Shown: positions 18,724 through 28,470, counted from the first letter of the stretch. The stretch: DNA of 32,784 nucleotides from Proteobacteria bacterium UBA6921 (GCA_002450895.1 DKAR01000168.1:8734-41517), one strand, 5' to 3'. Notes: generated from the letters alone by a model not told the origin. Made by a program: numbers and translations.

Positions 18724-19536
18724 ATGGAAGGCAGCAAGGCAATCGTCGCCAATATCACCGTCCGGATTCTGCGACCGCTAATCCGCATCCTGCTCCGCTT
18801 CGAAGTTGCGCACAGCGAATTCTCAGAGCTAGCCAAGCGCGCCTACGTCGACGTCGCATACCGCTACTTCAGTATCCCCAAGCGAAAACAAACCTACTCG
18901 CGCGCTGCAGTGCTCACCGGACTCAGTCGCAAGGACGTTGTTCGGATCCGCGAGCAGCAAGAAAATGCCGAGCCGCCCAACCGTGGTCCATTGAATCGAG
19001 CGACACGCGTCATCGGTGGCTGGCTACAGGATTCTGAGTTCCTCGACGCAAACAAGAAGCCCAAGGATCTTCCGCTGCGCGGCGAGATCGGCAGCTTTGA
19101 AGCGCTCGTGGCGCGCTACAGCGGCGACATCACCGCGCGCGCCATTCTTGATGAACTGGTGCGCGTCGGTGCGGTGATCTACGCGGATCGCCATACCGTG
19201 CATCTCGCTGCACCTGGCTATATTCCAGAGAAAAATGAATCGGCCATGCTGGAAGTCGCCGGCCGCGCGGTCACCGACCTCTTGCGCACTTCCGCACACA
19301 ACATTGCGGATGCATCACACGCACATTTCCAGCGTCAAGTTGCGTTTCGGAATATACCGGAGTCGGTCGCCGAAGATTTTCGTCGTTACAGCCACGATAG
19401 ATGCCAAGACCTGATGCTTGAGTTCAATCGTTGGTTATCCGAACGAAGCAAGAACATTGATCCGAAACCGGGCGAACGTACAATGCGCATCGGCGTCGGC
19501 CTTTACTATTTTGAAAATGACAATCAGGAGGAGTAA
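18724..19536 (+). CDS. DUF6502-family protein, putative HTH/wHTH regulator (copy 1)
   Basis: LRPLIRILLR..V.HSEF, HTH-like TYSRAAVLTGLSRKDVVRI, RVIGGW, LPLRGEIGSFEALV, RAILDELVRVGAV, HFQRQV, RIGVGLYYF. GAGGGA SD. Confidence 0.85.
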   Translation: MEGSKAIVANITVRILRPLIRILLRFEVAHSEFSELAKRAYVDVAYRYFSIPKRKQTYSRAAVLTGLSRKDVVRIREQQENAEPPNRGPLNRATRVIGGWLQDSEFLDANKKPKDLPLRGEIGSFEALVARYSGDITARAILDELVRVGAVIYADRHTVHLAAPGYIPEKNESAMLEVAGRAVTDLLRTSAHNIADASHAHFQRQVAFRNIPESVAEDFRRYSHDRCQDLMLEFNRWLSERSKNIDPKPGERTMRIGVGLYYFENDNQEE

Positions 19537-19539
19537 GCG

Positions 19540-22500
19540 ATGGAAAGGATCGGGGGGGTTGGCTGGGGATTTCTGGCGCTCATTTTGCTGATGCTGGCCG
19601 CATGCGGCGGTGGAGGCGGCGGCGATGGTGGAATAGAAGGAACTGGCCTGCAAAGAAAACTGACTGGCACTGCGGCGGTCGGCAAACCGCTCGCGAACAC
19701 TGACGTCACGGTCAAGGATCGTCACGGGAGAAAGAAAACAGCGAAGACCGATGCGAACGGTCGATACGAACTCGATGTCTCCGACCTCGACGGTCCGTTT
19801 CTTCTCAAGGTAGACACAGACGACAAGCGCGAACTTTTTGCAGCAGCTGAAACGGACGGAACGGCAAACATTCATCCTCTCAGCGATGTTTCATGCCGCA
19901 ATTGGTTTGGCGCACGCAATCGCGATGTCAAAAGCGAATTTGAAAGCAACGGAGAAGTCACGAATGCGCCGCGCGAGAACGAGCTTGCCGCCATTCGCAA
20001 CGCACTTCGCGCACTGCTGCATCTCGCTTATGCGCAGTTCGGAATCAACAATCCGGACTCTTTCGATTTCGACCGCACTCCATTTAGCGCAGACAACAGC
20101 GGATTCGATGCACTACTCGACAACCTGACAATCACATTTGTAAAGAACAAGATCACTATTCTTTTGCGCGACCCGATAACCAATCTACAGGCGGTGATCA
20201 TTATTGGCTTTGATCTCGGCGACGATCTTGCCGCACCGGATACGACACCACCAGGCACTCCCTCCGGACTCCAAGCTTATGCTGCGAGCCAGACCGGAAT
20301 CGTCGCAGTATGGAACACACCGACCGACAACGTGGGCATCGCGGGATACAACATCTATCGCGACGGCGCGAAGATCGCCACTTCGCCGTATCCCGTTTAC
20401 AGCGACACGGGCCTGAGCACAACCACCCAATACTGCTACAGCGTCGAAGCGTTCGATGGCGCCGGCAATACCAGCACCAAAACCGATGCCGTATGCGCGA
20501 CGACACTGGCTTCCGCAGACACGACACCACCCGCATTCCCGCAAAACCTCGCGGCAAAAGAAATTGGCAACACAACCCTCGCAGTGTCCTGGCAACCCTC
20601 GCCCGGGGACGACATACTCGGCTATGACGTGTACCGCGGCCCCGCCGGAGCGGTGGATACCAAGATCGCGACGACGATCGCCAACGGCTACACCGATATC
20701 GAACTGACGCCCGGCACGCAGTATTGTTACCGCGTGAAGGCGATCGACGCGGCGTTCAATCGGTCCGAACTGAGCGACGAGTCTTGCGCCACGCCACCCA
20801 CGGCGAGCAATACCGACACCACGCCACCGACCTCCTCCGCCACGCCTTCCGGCGGCCAATACGCTGCGGCTCAGAACGTTGAACTGACTTGCAGCGACGA
20901 TACCGTCGATGGCTGCGCGGCGATCTACTTTACGGTCGACGGAAGCACGCCGACGACGCGCTCATCGATCTACGCGCAACCGTTGGTTCTCTCAACGAAC
21001 GCGATCGTCAGATTCTTCGCCGTCGACAAAGCAGGCAACGCCGAATCGACAGTTCACGCCGAAACGTACACGTTCTCCGCAATCATCAGCGTCAACGTCA
21101 GTGGTCTCACAGGCACCGGATTGGTGCTGAACAACAACGGCAACGCGCTGTCGATCGGCACCAATGGAGTCTCGTCTTTCACGACGCCCGTGAACGTGGG
21201 CTCCACCTATTCAGTTACCGTGACGACTCAACCGACGAACCCGGCACAAGTTTGCAATGTCACGGCCGGCTCAGGCACAGTCACTAGCGTCAACGGTCCC
21301 ACGATCAGTGTTGCATGTACGACGAATAGTTACACCGTCAGCGGCATGATCAGCGGACTGATCGGCAGCGGACTGAAGCTGCAACTCAACGGCGGGAACG
21401 ACCAGACGATTGCTGCCAACAGCACTTCGTTCAGCTTCGCCGTGCCGCTTCTAAGTGGAAGCAGCTACAGCGTCACCGTGCTGACACAACCGACCAACCC
21501 GGCACAAACCTGCGTGGCGTCGAGCAACAGCGGCACGGTCAACAACGGCAATGTCACTACGGTATCGATTGACTGCCCCATTCCAACCTTCTCCGTGGGC
21601 GGCACCGTCAACGGCCTGAACGGTTCTGGTTTGGTGCTGCAGAACAACGGTGGGAACAACCTGAACATCACTGCGAACGGTGACTTCACTTTCAGCTCGC
21701 CCATCGCCAGCGGTGGCAGTTACAACGTGACCGTCCTGACTCAGCCCAGCAATCCGGCGCAGACCTGCACGATTGCGAATGCGACCGGCAGCGTGACCAG
21801 CGCCCAAATCACGAGCATCGCAGTGAGCTGCACAAACGTTGCGCCCGCGACCTTCAAAGTTGGTGGAACCGTGAGTGGCCTGACCGGCACTGTCGTGCTT
21901 CAGAACAACGGTGGGGACAACCTGACAGTGTCTGCGAACGGCGGCTTCACTTTCGGCTCGCCGATCGAGGATGGCACCGGCTACAACGTAACTATTCTGA
22001 CACAGCCGAGCGGGCAAACCTGCTCAGTTACCGGCGCCTCGGGCACAGTGAGCGGCTCAGCGGTGACCAGCGTCTCGGTGAACTGCGTAACCAACCAGGG
22101 CGGAAGCTTCACCGTTGGCGGTAACGTCGCTGGCCTGAGCGGCACCGTCGTGCTGCAAAACAACGGTGGCGATGACCTCACCGTCGCAGCAAATGGTGGA
22201 TTCGCCTTCGCAACAGCGCTCGCAAACAGCGCGGCGTACAACGTGACGGTGCTGACACAGCCGGGCGGACAGACCTGCAACGTCACTAACGGATCGGGAG
22301 CGGTGAACAACGCAAACGTCACCGGGGTCGTTGTCAATTGCGTCACCAATACCAACCAATCAATGAATGTTACGGTCGTCCTGAATCCGGATCGCGTGCG
22401 GCCAAATACAAACATCCTCGCGCACATCTACCTGACTAACACCACTGGAATCACGGCGAACAACGTTGTGTTGCAGGCGACCTATCCAACATCCGGTGCT

Positions 22501-25500
22501 GCTGCAATCAATCAGTTGTATGCCTCCGATGGCGGCACCTGTTCCGGCGCAATCTGCAATCCGGGCGACCTCATCACCTGGAATATCGGCTCGCTGGCCG
22601 CCGGCGATGGTGTCGTGGTGTCGATACCCATCACGGTTTTGTCTTCCGCGGCAGCCGGAAGCACCGTCACGTTACCGGCTGAAGTTCTCGTCGACGGCGT
22701 GCAGGTTGCGACGGATTCGAAATTCGTAACCGTCGACACCGACAACGCACTGAGTCTCGCACTGGATGACAACCAGGATACTGTCGTGCCCGGCGAGCAG
22801 CTCGTCTACACGCTCACCTACGGCAACCGCAGCACGGCATCAGTGACCGGGTCGACGCTCACCCTGCCGCTCCCAAATGGAGTCACGTTCGTCTCCGCTT
22901 CTAACGGCGGTGTACTCTCAGGGAATACCGTGACATGGAACCTGGGAACCTTGCTTGCGACGCAGTCCGGACGCCAACAGGTGACCGTGGCAGTCGATGG
23001 TGGCCTGGCTTCCGGAGCCATTCTCGCCGTCGATTCCGCACAAATTGCCGGCACACACCCGACCACGGGCGCGGAAGTCGCGCAGGTGAGGAACGCCACG
23101 CGCGTACAAATGGCGCCTGCGTTGGGTATCACGCTCGAAATGGATCCAGACCCGGTGCGCCCGGGCAACACCATCGATGCCAAGCTGACGGTGACCAACC
23201 GCAGTGGCACGACATTGCTCGGCACAAAGTTGCTGGCACGTTATCCGAGCGACTCGCGTGTCGCGGCAATCAACCAGGCGTTCGTGTCGGACGGGGGCAC
23301 ATGTTCAAACGCCGTCTGCAATCCCAGCGAGTTCGTGACCTGGAATCTTGGCGTGCTCGAGTCCGGCGGCGCAGTGACGGTTACATTGCCGATGCCACTG
23401 AATAATGCGAACTATGCGCCGGCCGGATCGCTGGTCACGCTTGACGCTTCCGTGGTCGCGGACGGCACACCGTCCAGCACCATCTCGCACACGGCGGCCG
23501 TCGATACCGACAACGCGCTGAGCCTCGCGCTTGATGAAAACAAGGACACCGTCAAGCCGGGCGAACAGCTGGTATATACGCTGACCTACGGCAACCGCAG
23601 TACAGCCAGCGTAACGACTTCAACTCTCAGTCTGCCGCTGCCGGCCGGAGTAACGTTTGTGTCTGCAACCAACGGCGGTACGGTCAAAAACAACGTCGTG
23701 CAGTGGACTCTCGGCACGCTGCAGGCCACGCAAACCGGGCGCCAGCAGGTCACCGTGACCGTCGACAACGGCCTTACGGACGGGACCGTGCTCGCGGTCG
23801 ATGCGGCGCAACTGTCCGCCTATCAGGCAACCACCGGCCCGGAACTGGCTCGAGCCATGAGTGTGGCGCGTGTGCTGGCATCGCCAGCCCTGGGAATTGA
23901 AATTGAAATGGTTCCGGATCCGGTGCGCCCGGGTTACACGATCAATACCAAACTAACGGTAACCAATCGCAGCGGTACGACACTGCTTGGCGCGAAGTTG
24001 CTGGCACGTTATCCAAGCGACTCCCGCATCGCGGCGATCAACCAAGCGTACCTGTCAGGAGGCGGCACCTGTCCGAACTCCGTCTGCAATCCCAGCCAGT
24101 TCGTGACCTGGAATCTAGGAACGCTCGCTTCCGGCGCAATGGCGACGGTCACCCTGCCGCTGGTTGTCAACAATGCCAGCTACGCGCCGGCCGGATCGCT
24201 GATTTCTCTCGAAGCCTCTGTAGTAGCAGATGGGAAACCGTCCAGCATTATCTCACACACGGCGGCCGTCGATTCCGACAACGCCCTGAACCTGGCGCTG
24301 GATGAGAACAAGGACACCGTCGCGCCCGGCGAACCGCTGGTCTACACGCTAACCTACGGCAATCGCAGCACCGCCAGTGTGACGTCCACCACCCTTAGCT
24401 TGCCGCTTCCTCCCGGAGTGACATTTGACTCTGCGACGAACGGCGGCACGGTCGTCGGCAATGTCGTGCAATGGAACCTCGGAACGTTGCAAGCCACACA
24501 GACCGGCCGCCAGCAGGTCACCGTGACCGTCGACAATGCTCTCGCAGACGGAACCTTGCTCGTGGTCGACGCGGCGCAGCTCGCGGCCACCCAAGCGACC
24601 ACTGGTCCTGAACTCGCCCGTGCGACAAACGTCACTCGCGTGGCTTCGGCGCCGGACCTGGGAATCACCCTCGAAATGGATCCTGATCCGGTACGTCCAG
24701 GCAGCACAATCATCGGGAAGATCACGGTAACCAATCGCAGCGGTTCGACACTGGACGGTACGACGCTACAGGCACGATATCCGAGCGACTCGCGGGTCAC
24801 CGCGTTCAACCAGTCGTATCTGTCGGCGGGCGGTACATGTGCAAACTCCATCTGCAATCCCAGCACGTTCGTGACCTGGAATCTTGGGACGATGGCGGCT
24901 GGAGCTGCAGTGACGGTCAATTTGCCAATGCCGGTCAACAATGCCAATTACGCCCCAGCCGGTACGCTGATCTCGCTGGACGCTTCCGTGGTTGCCGACG
25001 GCACGCTGTCCAGCACCATTACACACACGGCTGCCGTCGATACTGACAATGCCCTCACCTTGGCACTAGATGAGGACAAGGATTCGGTCGCACCCGGCGA
25101 ACAGCTGATTTACACGATGACCTACGGCAACCGAAGCGCCGCGAACGTGACGTCCTCCACCCTTCGTCTACCGCTTCCAGCTGGAGTGACTTTCGTCTCT
25201 GCAACCAATGGCGGGACGCTCAGTGGAAATGAGGTCGTTTGGTCACTGTCGACGCTCGCACCCGGTCAGCTCGGACGCCAGCAAGCGACGGTCAACGTCA
25301 ACAATGGTCTCGCCAATGGAATGATCCTCACCGTTGATGCCGCTCAGCTCTCGGGTACGCATGCTTCGACCGGGCCGGAGCTGGCGCGAGCAACGAATGC
25401 CACGCGAGTCATTACCGGAAATCCGATCCGCGTATCGGTCAGCCTCGCGCCGAATCCTGTCGCCAATAGTACGGCACTGACGGGCACCGTCACGGTGACC

Positions 25501-25824
25501 AACCTGACGACGTCGGATCTGACGGGCGTCGTACTGAACGTCAGATGGCCCGGGGACGGTCGAGTCGCAAACATCAATCAGTCGGCCCTATCCGGCGGGG
25601 GCACCTGTCCTTCGAGCGTCTGCAGTTCCAATGCGTTCGCGACTTGGATTCTCGGGACGGTCACCAGTGGTGTCCCGGTGACGGTGACGATCCCAATGAC
25701 AGCCAACGTTGCAACGTATGCGCCCATCGGCACGGTCATTCTTCTGAATGCAGACGTGACGACGGACACCGGCGCGCAAGCCACTGCAAGCGACACTGCG
25801 GCGGTCGGAACCGGTTCATTCTAG
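19540..25824 (+). CDS. 2094-aa repeat-rich surface lipoprotein: conserved head, 2 FN3, chitobiase-C/Fn3-associated domain, 5 Cys-paired Ig-like repeats, 9 DUF11-like domains
   Basis: Lipobox LAAC (Cys22) followed by GGGGGGDGGIEGTG. DTTPP-initiated FN3 units, IYFTVDGSTPT domain, GLVLQNNGG..TQP..QTC repeats, LVYTLTYGN..LP.GVTFVSA..TWNLGTL repeats. The SD AGGAGGAG lies inside the last codons of DUF6502. Confidence 0.9.
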   Translation: MERIGGVGWGFLALILLMLAACGGGGGGDGGIEGTGLQRKLTGTAAVGKPLANTDVTVKDRHGRKKTAKTDANGRYELDVSDLDGPFLLKVDTDDKRELFAAAETDGTANIHPLSDVSCRNWFGARNRDVKSEFESNGEVTNAPRENELAAIRNALRALLHLAYAQFGINNPDSFDFDRTPFSADNSGFDALLDNLTITFVKNKITILLRDPITNLQAVIIIGFDLGDDLAAPDTTPPGTPSGLQAYAASQTGIVAVWNTPTDNVGIAGYNIYRDGAKIATSPYPVYSDTGLSTTTQYCYSVEAFDGAGNTSTKTDAVCATTLASADTTPPAFPQNLAAKEIGNTTLAVSWQPSPGDDILGYDVYRGPAGAVDTKIATTIANGYTDIELTPGTQYCYRVKAIDAAFNRSELSDESCATPPTASNTDTTPPTSSATPSGGQYAAAQNVELTCSDDTVDGCAAIYFTVDGSTPTTRSSIYAQPLVLSTNAIVRFFAVDKAGNAESTVHAETYTFSAIISVNVSGLTGTGLVLNNNGNALSIGTNGVSSFTTPVNVGSTYSVTVTTQPTNPAQVCNVTAGSGTVTSVNGPTISVACTTNSYTVSGMISGLIGSGLKLQLNGGNDQTIAANSTSFSFAVPLLSGSSYSVTVLTQPTNPAQTCVASSNSGTVNNGNVTTVSIDCPIPTFSVGGTVNGLNGSGLVLQNNGGNNLNITANGDFTFSSPIASGGSYNVTVLTQPSNPAQTCTIANATGSVTSAQITSIAVSCTNVAPATFKVGGTVSGLTGTVVLQNNGGDNLTVSANGGFTFGSPIEDGTGYNVTILTQPSGQTCSVTGASGTVSGSAVTSVSVNCVTNQGGSFTVGGNVAGLSGTVVLQNNGGDDLTVAANGGFAFATALANSAAYNVTVLTQPGGQTCNVTNGSGAVNNANVTGVVVNCVTNTNQSMNVTVVLNPDRVRPNTNILAHIYLTNTTGITANNVVLQATYPTSGAAAINQLYASDGGTCSGAICNPGDLITWNIGSLAAGDGVVVSIPITVLSSAAAGSTVTLPAEVLVDGVQVATDSKFVTVDTDNALSLALDDNQDTVVPGEQLVYTLTYGNRSTASVTGSTLTLPLPNGVTFVSASNGGVLSGNTVTWNLGTLLATQSGRQQVTVAVDGGLASGAILAVDSAQIAGTHPTTGAEVAQVRNATRVQMAPALGITLEMDPDPVRPGNTIDAKLTVTNRSGTTLLGTKLLARYPSDSRVAAINQAFVSDGGTCSNAVCNPSEFVTWNLGVLESGGAVTVTLPMPLNNANYAPAGSLVTLDASVVADGTPSSTISHTAAVDTDNALSLALDENKDTVKPGEQLVYTLTYGNRSTASVTTSTLSLPLPAGVTFVSATNGGTVKNNVVQWTLGTLQATQTGRQQVTVTVDNGLTDGTVLAVDAAQLSAYQATTGPELARAMSVARVLASPALGIEIEMVPDPVRPGYTINTKLTVTNRSGTTLLGAKLLARYPSDSRIAAINQAYLSGGGTCPNSVCNPSQFVTWNLGTLASGAMATVTLPLVVNNASYAPAGSLISLEASVVADGKPSSIISHTAAVDSDNALNLALDENKDTVAPGEPLVYTLTYGNRSTASVTSTTLSLPLPPGVTFDSATNGGTVVGNVVQWNLGTLQATQTGRQQVTVTVDNALADGTLLVVDAAQLAATQATTGPELARATNVTRVASAPDLGITLEMDPDPVRPGSTIIGKITVTNRSGSTLDGTTLQARYPSDSRVTAFNQSYLSAGGTCANSICNPSTFVTWNLGTMAAGAAVTVNLPMPVNNANYAPAGTLISLDASVVADGTLSSTITHTAAVDTDNALTLALDEDKDSVAPGEQLIYTMTYGNRSAANVTSSTLRLPLPAGVTFVSATNGGTLSGNEVVWSLSTLAPGQLGRQQATVNVNNGLANGMILTVDAAQLSGTHASTGPELARATNATRVITGNPIRVSVSLAPNPVANSTALTGTVTVTNLTTSDLTGVVLNVRWPGDGRVANINQSALSGGGTCPSSVCSSNAFATWILGTVTSGVPVTVTIPMTANVATYAPIGTVILLNADVTTDTGAQATASDTAAVGTGSF
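21080..22345 (+). repeat. Five tandem ~80-88-aa Ig-like repeats, each with two Cys
   Basis: Consensus FTVGGTVSGL.G..VLQNNGGDNL...ANG.F.F......G..YNVTVLTQP..QTC.V...SG.V....VT.V.V.C seen five times. Confidence 0.85.
22363..25810 (+). repeat. (AB)4A array of DUF11-like domains with an exact 768-bp period
   Basis: The DNAL codons of the B units start at 22741, 23509, 24277 and 25045. A units carry GGTC.N.VCNP (CxxxxC). Confidence 0.9.
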
Positions 25825-25852
25825 GAACACAGCGAGTAGTAACTGTCCGGAC

Positions 25853-25871
25853 GGCGGCCGCCTTGGCCGCC
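25853..25871 (+). other. Intergenic GC-rich hairpin without U-tract
   Basis: GGCGGCC-GCCTT-GGCCGCC between the giant lipoprotein and the next gene. Confidence 0.4.
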
Positions 25872-25906
25872 CCACCCGGAATCGGAAAAGGACAAGGAGA
25901 CTAATA

Positions 25907-27736
25907 ATGCAGCAGTCTGCTCTTACAACGGTAACGATGTCGGTCGACCAACGTTCGCTTGCCGACAATATTGGAATTAGCGCACCAGAGAGATCTCGCA
26001 AGATCACATCGGCTCTCGTGGCGGCGTCACTGTCACTCACGATGCTCTTGAACGGTTGTCCCTCCGGCAGTGGCGGCACCAACGGCAATACCAACACCAG
26101 TGGCGGCACGTCATCAGCAGGGGCAGGTGGATCCCTCACACTGACGAATGCGCCGGCAAGCACCAACGGCACGTTTGTTCCCGATAGACTCGGAACCAGC
26201 AACTCAATAATTGCGGGTTGGACTGAGACGCCGGCGGACAAGACCCAGCAGCATAGCGAATATCTGCAGTTGAACTTCGGAGCCTCAGACCAAATTGAGG
26301 GAATCCAATTCCGTTCAAACGACTTCGCGCCGTCGGTCGCACTACTCACGTGGACTTGCGTGGAAACAGACTGCGCAGGTATCACCGTTGACACCATAGC
26401 AGGAAAAGTGGTGTTCGCAGGCGCCGTTCTCAAAGGTGAGGCGACTTTGTCGGGGAGCACACCGCCAGATCCCATTACGTTGAACGGCACATTGTTCTAT
26501 GGCACCCAACCGGGTTCGCAACCAGACAATACGCCGCCGACGATCTCGACTGTCAGCCCAGCCGCGAACGCCACCGACGTCCCATTGAACAGCCCGATTT
26601 CAGTCACGTTCAGCGAACCGATGTTGCCGTCAAGCATCAACTCGTCAACGTTTGTCGTCGGCGGTATCGACGGCACCGTGTCTTACAGTGGGAACACTGC
26701 GACGTTTACTCCTGCCGGCGCGTTGCTGCCCAACACTACGTACTCGCCGATGATCACCACGGGCGTAAAAGATGCCGCTGGTAACTCATTAGGTGTGGCG
26801 TATACGTGGAGTTTTGTCACCGGTGCCGCACCGTCGGGAAACTCGACAATCATGGGAAACAACAACGCCCTGATCAGCGGCGCAACAATCGGCACCGGTA
26901 TCACGGCCTTGAGCAGTCTCCGCAAACCAATTGAGGTAAAGGTGCTCACATCGCATCCTTCACTCTCGGCAGGAAACGCGTTCGCAACCCGCCCCTGGGC
27001 CAGCACCGACTATGCCTACGTAATCTTGCCGGTGACGAATACCGGGAACGAAACGCTTTGCTTCGTGGAACTCGTTCAGATTACGTATCGCGACGCCGCG
27101 GACGCGGCAATTCTCTCCAATGGAATCGCTTTTGTGAGTGGTTCAGTTGCGAAACTCAACGCCACAGGATTCTTCACTGACACCTGCCTGTCCCCCGGCG
27201 AGACTGGAATGATCGGGGACATCAATGCGAATCTCTATGCCGCAGTCGCCAAGATGGAATTCTCTTTCCAAACCAGCACATTCGCATTCGCGGCGCCCGC
27301 CGCGAGAGTCATACCGCAAAGCTATGTTATAGACTCGATCACCAAAGGCCCCGTGGTGACCGCCAAGAACGTCGGCACCACTGCAGCGAGCGTCCTGCTC
27401 GCCAAGGCATACCTTTTTGACGACTCAAATCAACCGTTGGTGTGGAGCTACCTGACCGCGCCGAGCACTCCCGTAACCGTTGCCGCGACCGGCACAGTTC
27501 CACTTTCTGGCTTGTTCTACGACGGCACAGGCAGCACTTTGCGCGCATTCGTGAACTTCGAAGACTCTTCCACAATGGCCCAGCTCAATCGCGCGACCGG
27601 ATTCAAGCCCGCAGCCATCGACATCTGCGCAGCGCCCTTGTCGGACGACGAAATTCAACTGTGCCAGAACGACAGAAGGAATCTGCAATTGGAAAGCCTG
27701 AAGAGTTTCATCAATTTTCAAAGCACAACGCAGTAA
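25907..27736 (+). CDS. Lipoprotein with a central SbsA/Big_5-type Ig domain and unrecognised flanking domains
   Basis: AAGGAG SD, lipobox LLNGC (Cys51), Gly/Ser/Thr linker, DNTPPTISTVSPAANATDVPLNSPISVTFSEPM...GVKDAAGN...WSFVTG. Confidence 0.78.
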   Translation: MQQSALTTVTMSVDQRSLADNIGISAPERSRKITSALVAASLSLTMLLNGCPSGSGGTNGNTNTSGGTSSAGAGGSLTLTNAPASTNGTFVPDRLGTSNSIIAGWTETPADKTQQHSEYLQLNFGASDQIEGIQFRSNDFAPSVALLTWTCVETDCAGITVDTIAGKVVFAGAVLKGEATLSGSTPPDPITLNGTLFYGTQPGSQPDNTPPTISTVSPAANATDVPLNSPISVTFSEPMLPSSINSSTFVVGGIDGTVSYSGNTATFTPAGALLPNTTYSPMITTGVKDAAGNSLGVAYTWSFVTGAAPSGNSTIMGNNNALISGATIGTGITALSSLRKPIEVKVLTSHPSLSAGNAFATRPWASTDYAYVILPVTNTGNETLCFVELVQITYRDAADAAILSNGIAFVSGSVAKLNATGFFTDTCLSPGETGMIGDINANLYAAVAKMEFSFQTSTFAFAAPAARVIPQSYVIDSITKGPVVTAKNVGTTAASVLLAKAYLFDDSNQPLVWSYLTAPSTPVTVAATGTVPLSGLFYDGTGSTLRAFVNFEDSSTMAQLNRATGFKPAAIDICAAPLSDDEIQLCQNDRRNLQLESLKSFINFQSTTQ

Positions 27737-27811
27737 CTTTCGTGAAACGGGAACGAACAGTTATTTAGGTAACACGGCCATTGGATACCACCCTGGATAA
27801 GGAGGTTAGTC

Positions 27812-28363
27812 ATGAAGACCATATTTTCGAAATTGAAGTTTGTTCTGGCTGGCGTAGCGCTCGCCTGGAATGCTTACGCCGATGATTTCGCCGGCAAGAC
27901 GATGTACGTGCAAACCAACATCTGGTTCGAGAAACCAATGAAGATTCTTGCAACGAACTACCACACCGGCAGCATGATCGCACCCGGCACAAAAGTCACG
28001 ATTGATGAAGTCGCGGAAAATCGGATCGTGTTCAAAGATGACGCGGGCACCCAATACCGCATCGTGATTGAACTCAAGCACAACAATGTGCCGGGTCCTA
28101 AGCTCGCCGAGCGCCTGTTCGGTGCGGATGATCCGATGGCCGGTCAATTCAAGAAATTCACCAAGGACGAACAGGACAACATCAAAGCCGGCTATGTCGT
28201 GAAAGGCATGAGCAAGGAGGCGGTACTGATGGCCTACGGCTATCCACCGACGATTCGCACGCCAAGTATCGACGGAAATATCTGGACGTACTGGAAGAAC
28301 CGCTGGGTGACACAGATCATTCGCTTCGACGAGAAGGGAAAGGTCTCGGACATCCAGGGATAG
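27812..28363 (+). CDS. Secreted protein with a C-terminal SmpA/OmlA(BamE)-like domain
   Basis: TAAGGAGGT SD, signal peptide (AWNAYA-DD), VVKGMSKEAVLMAYGYP...WTYW.....I.FD..GKV. Confidence 0.75.
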   Translation: MKTIFSKLKFVLAGVALAWNAYADDFAGKTMYVQTNIWFEKPMKILATNYHTGSMIAPGTKVTIDEVAENRIVFKDDAGTQYRIVIELKHNNVPGPKLAERLFGADDPMAGQFKKFTKDEQDNIKAGYVVKGMSKEAVLMAYGYPPTIRTPSIDGNIWTYWKNRWVTQIIRFDEKGKVSDIQG

Positions 28364-28383
28364 TTATTCTCGCTTGTAAATCT

Positions 28384-28408
28384 GGGTGAGCCGGCGTCCG
28401 GCTCACCC
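28384..28408. other. Perfect 11-bp stem hairpin
   Basis: GGGTGAGCCGG-CGT-CCGGCTCACCC, 20 bp after the stop at 28363. Confidence 0.6.
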
Positions 28409-28450
28409 TCATCAAATCACCACCCAAGCACTGGCAGCGCGGCCCTAGGG

Positions 28451-28470
28451 CCCCGCAAGGGGATTCTTTT
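28451..28470 (+). terminator. Possible weak intrinsic terminator
   Basis: CCCC-GCAA-GGGG followed by ATTCTTTT (GNRA loop, only a 4-bp stem). Confidence 0.35.

Noticed and set aside
22363-25810. Long repeats as possible CRISPR array or DGR template/variable repeats
   Set aside because: They are in-frame coding domain repeats with mostly synonymous divergence. There are no spacers, no evident adenine-specific pattern, and no cas or reverse transcriptase gene in the window.
27745-27762. AAACGGGA half-site upstream of the BamE-like gene
   Set aside because: No CCC arm at N8 spacing.
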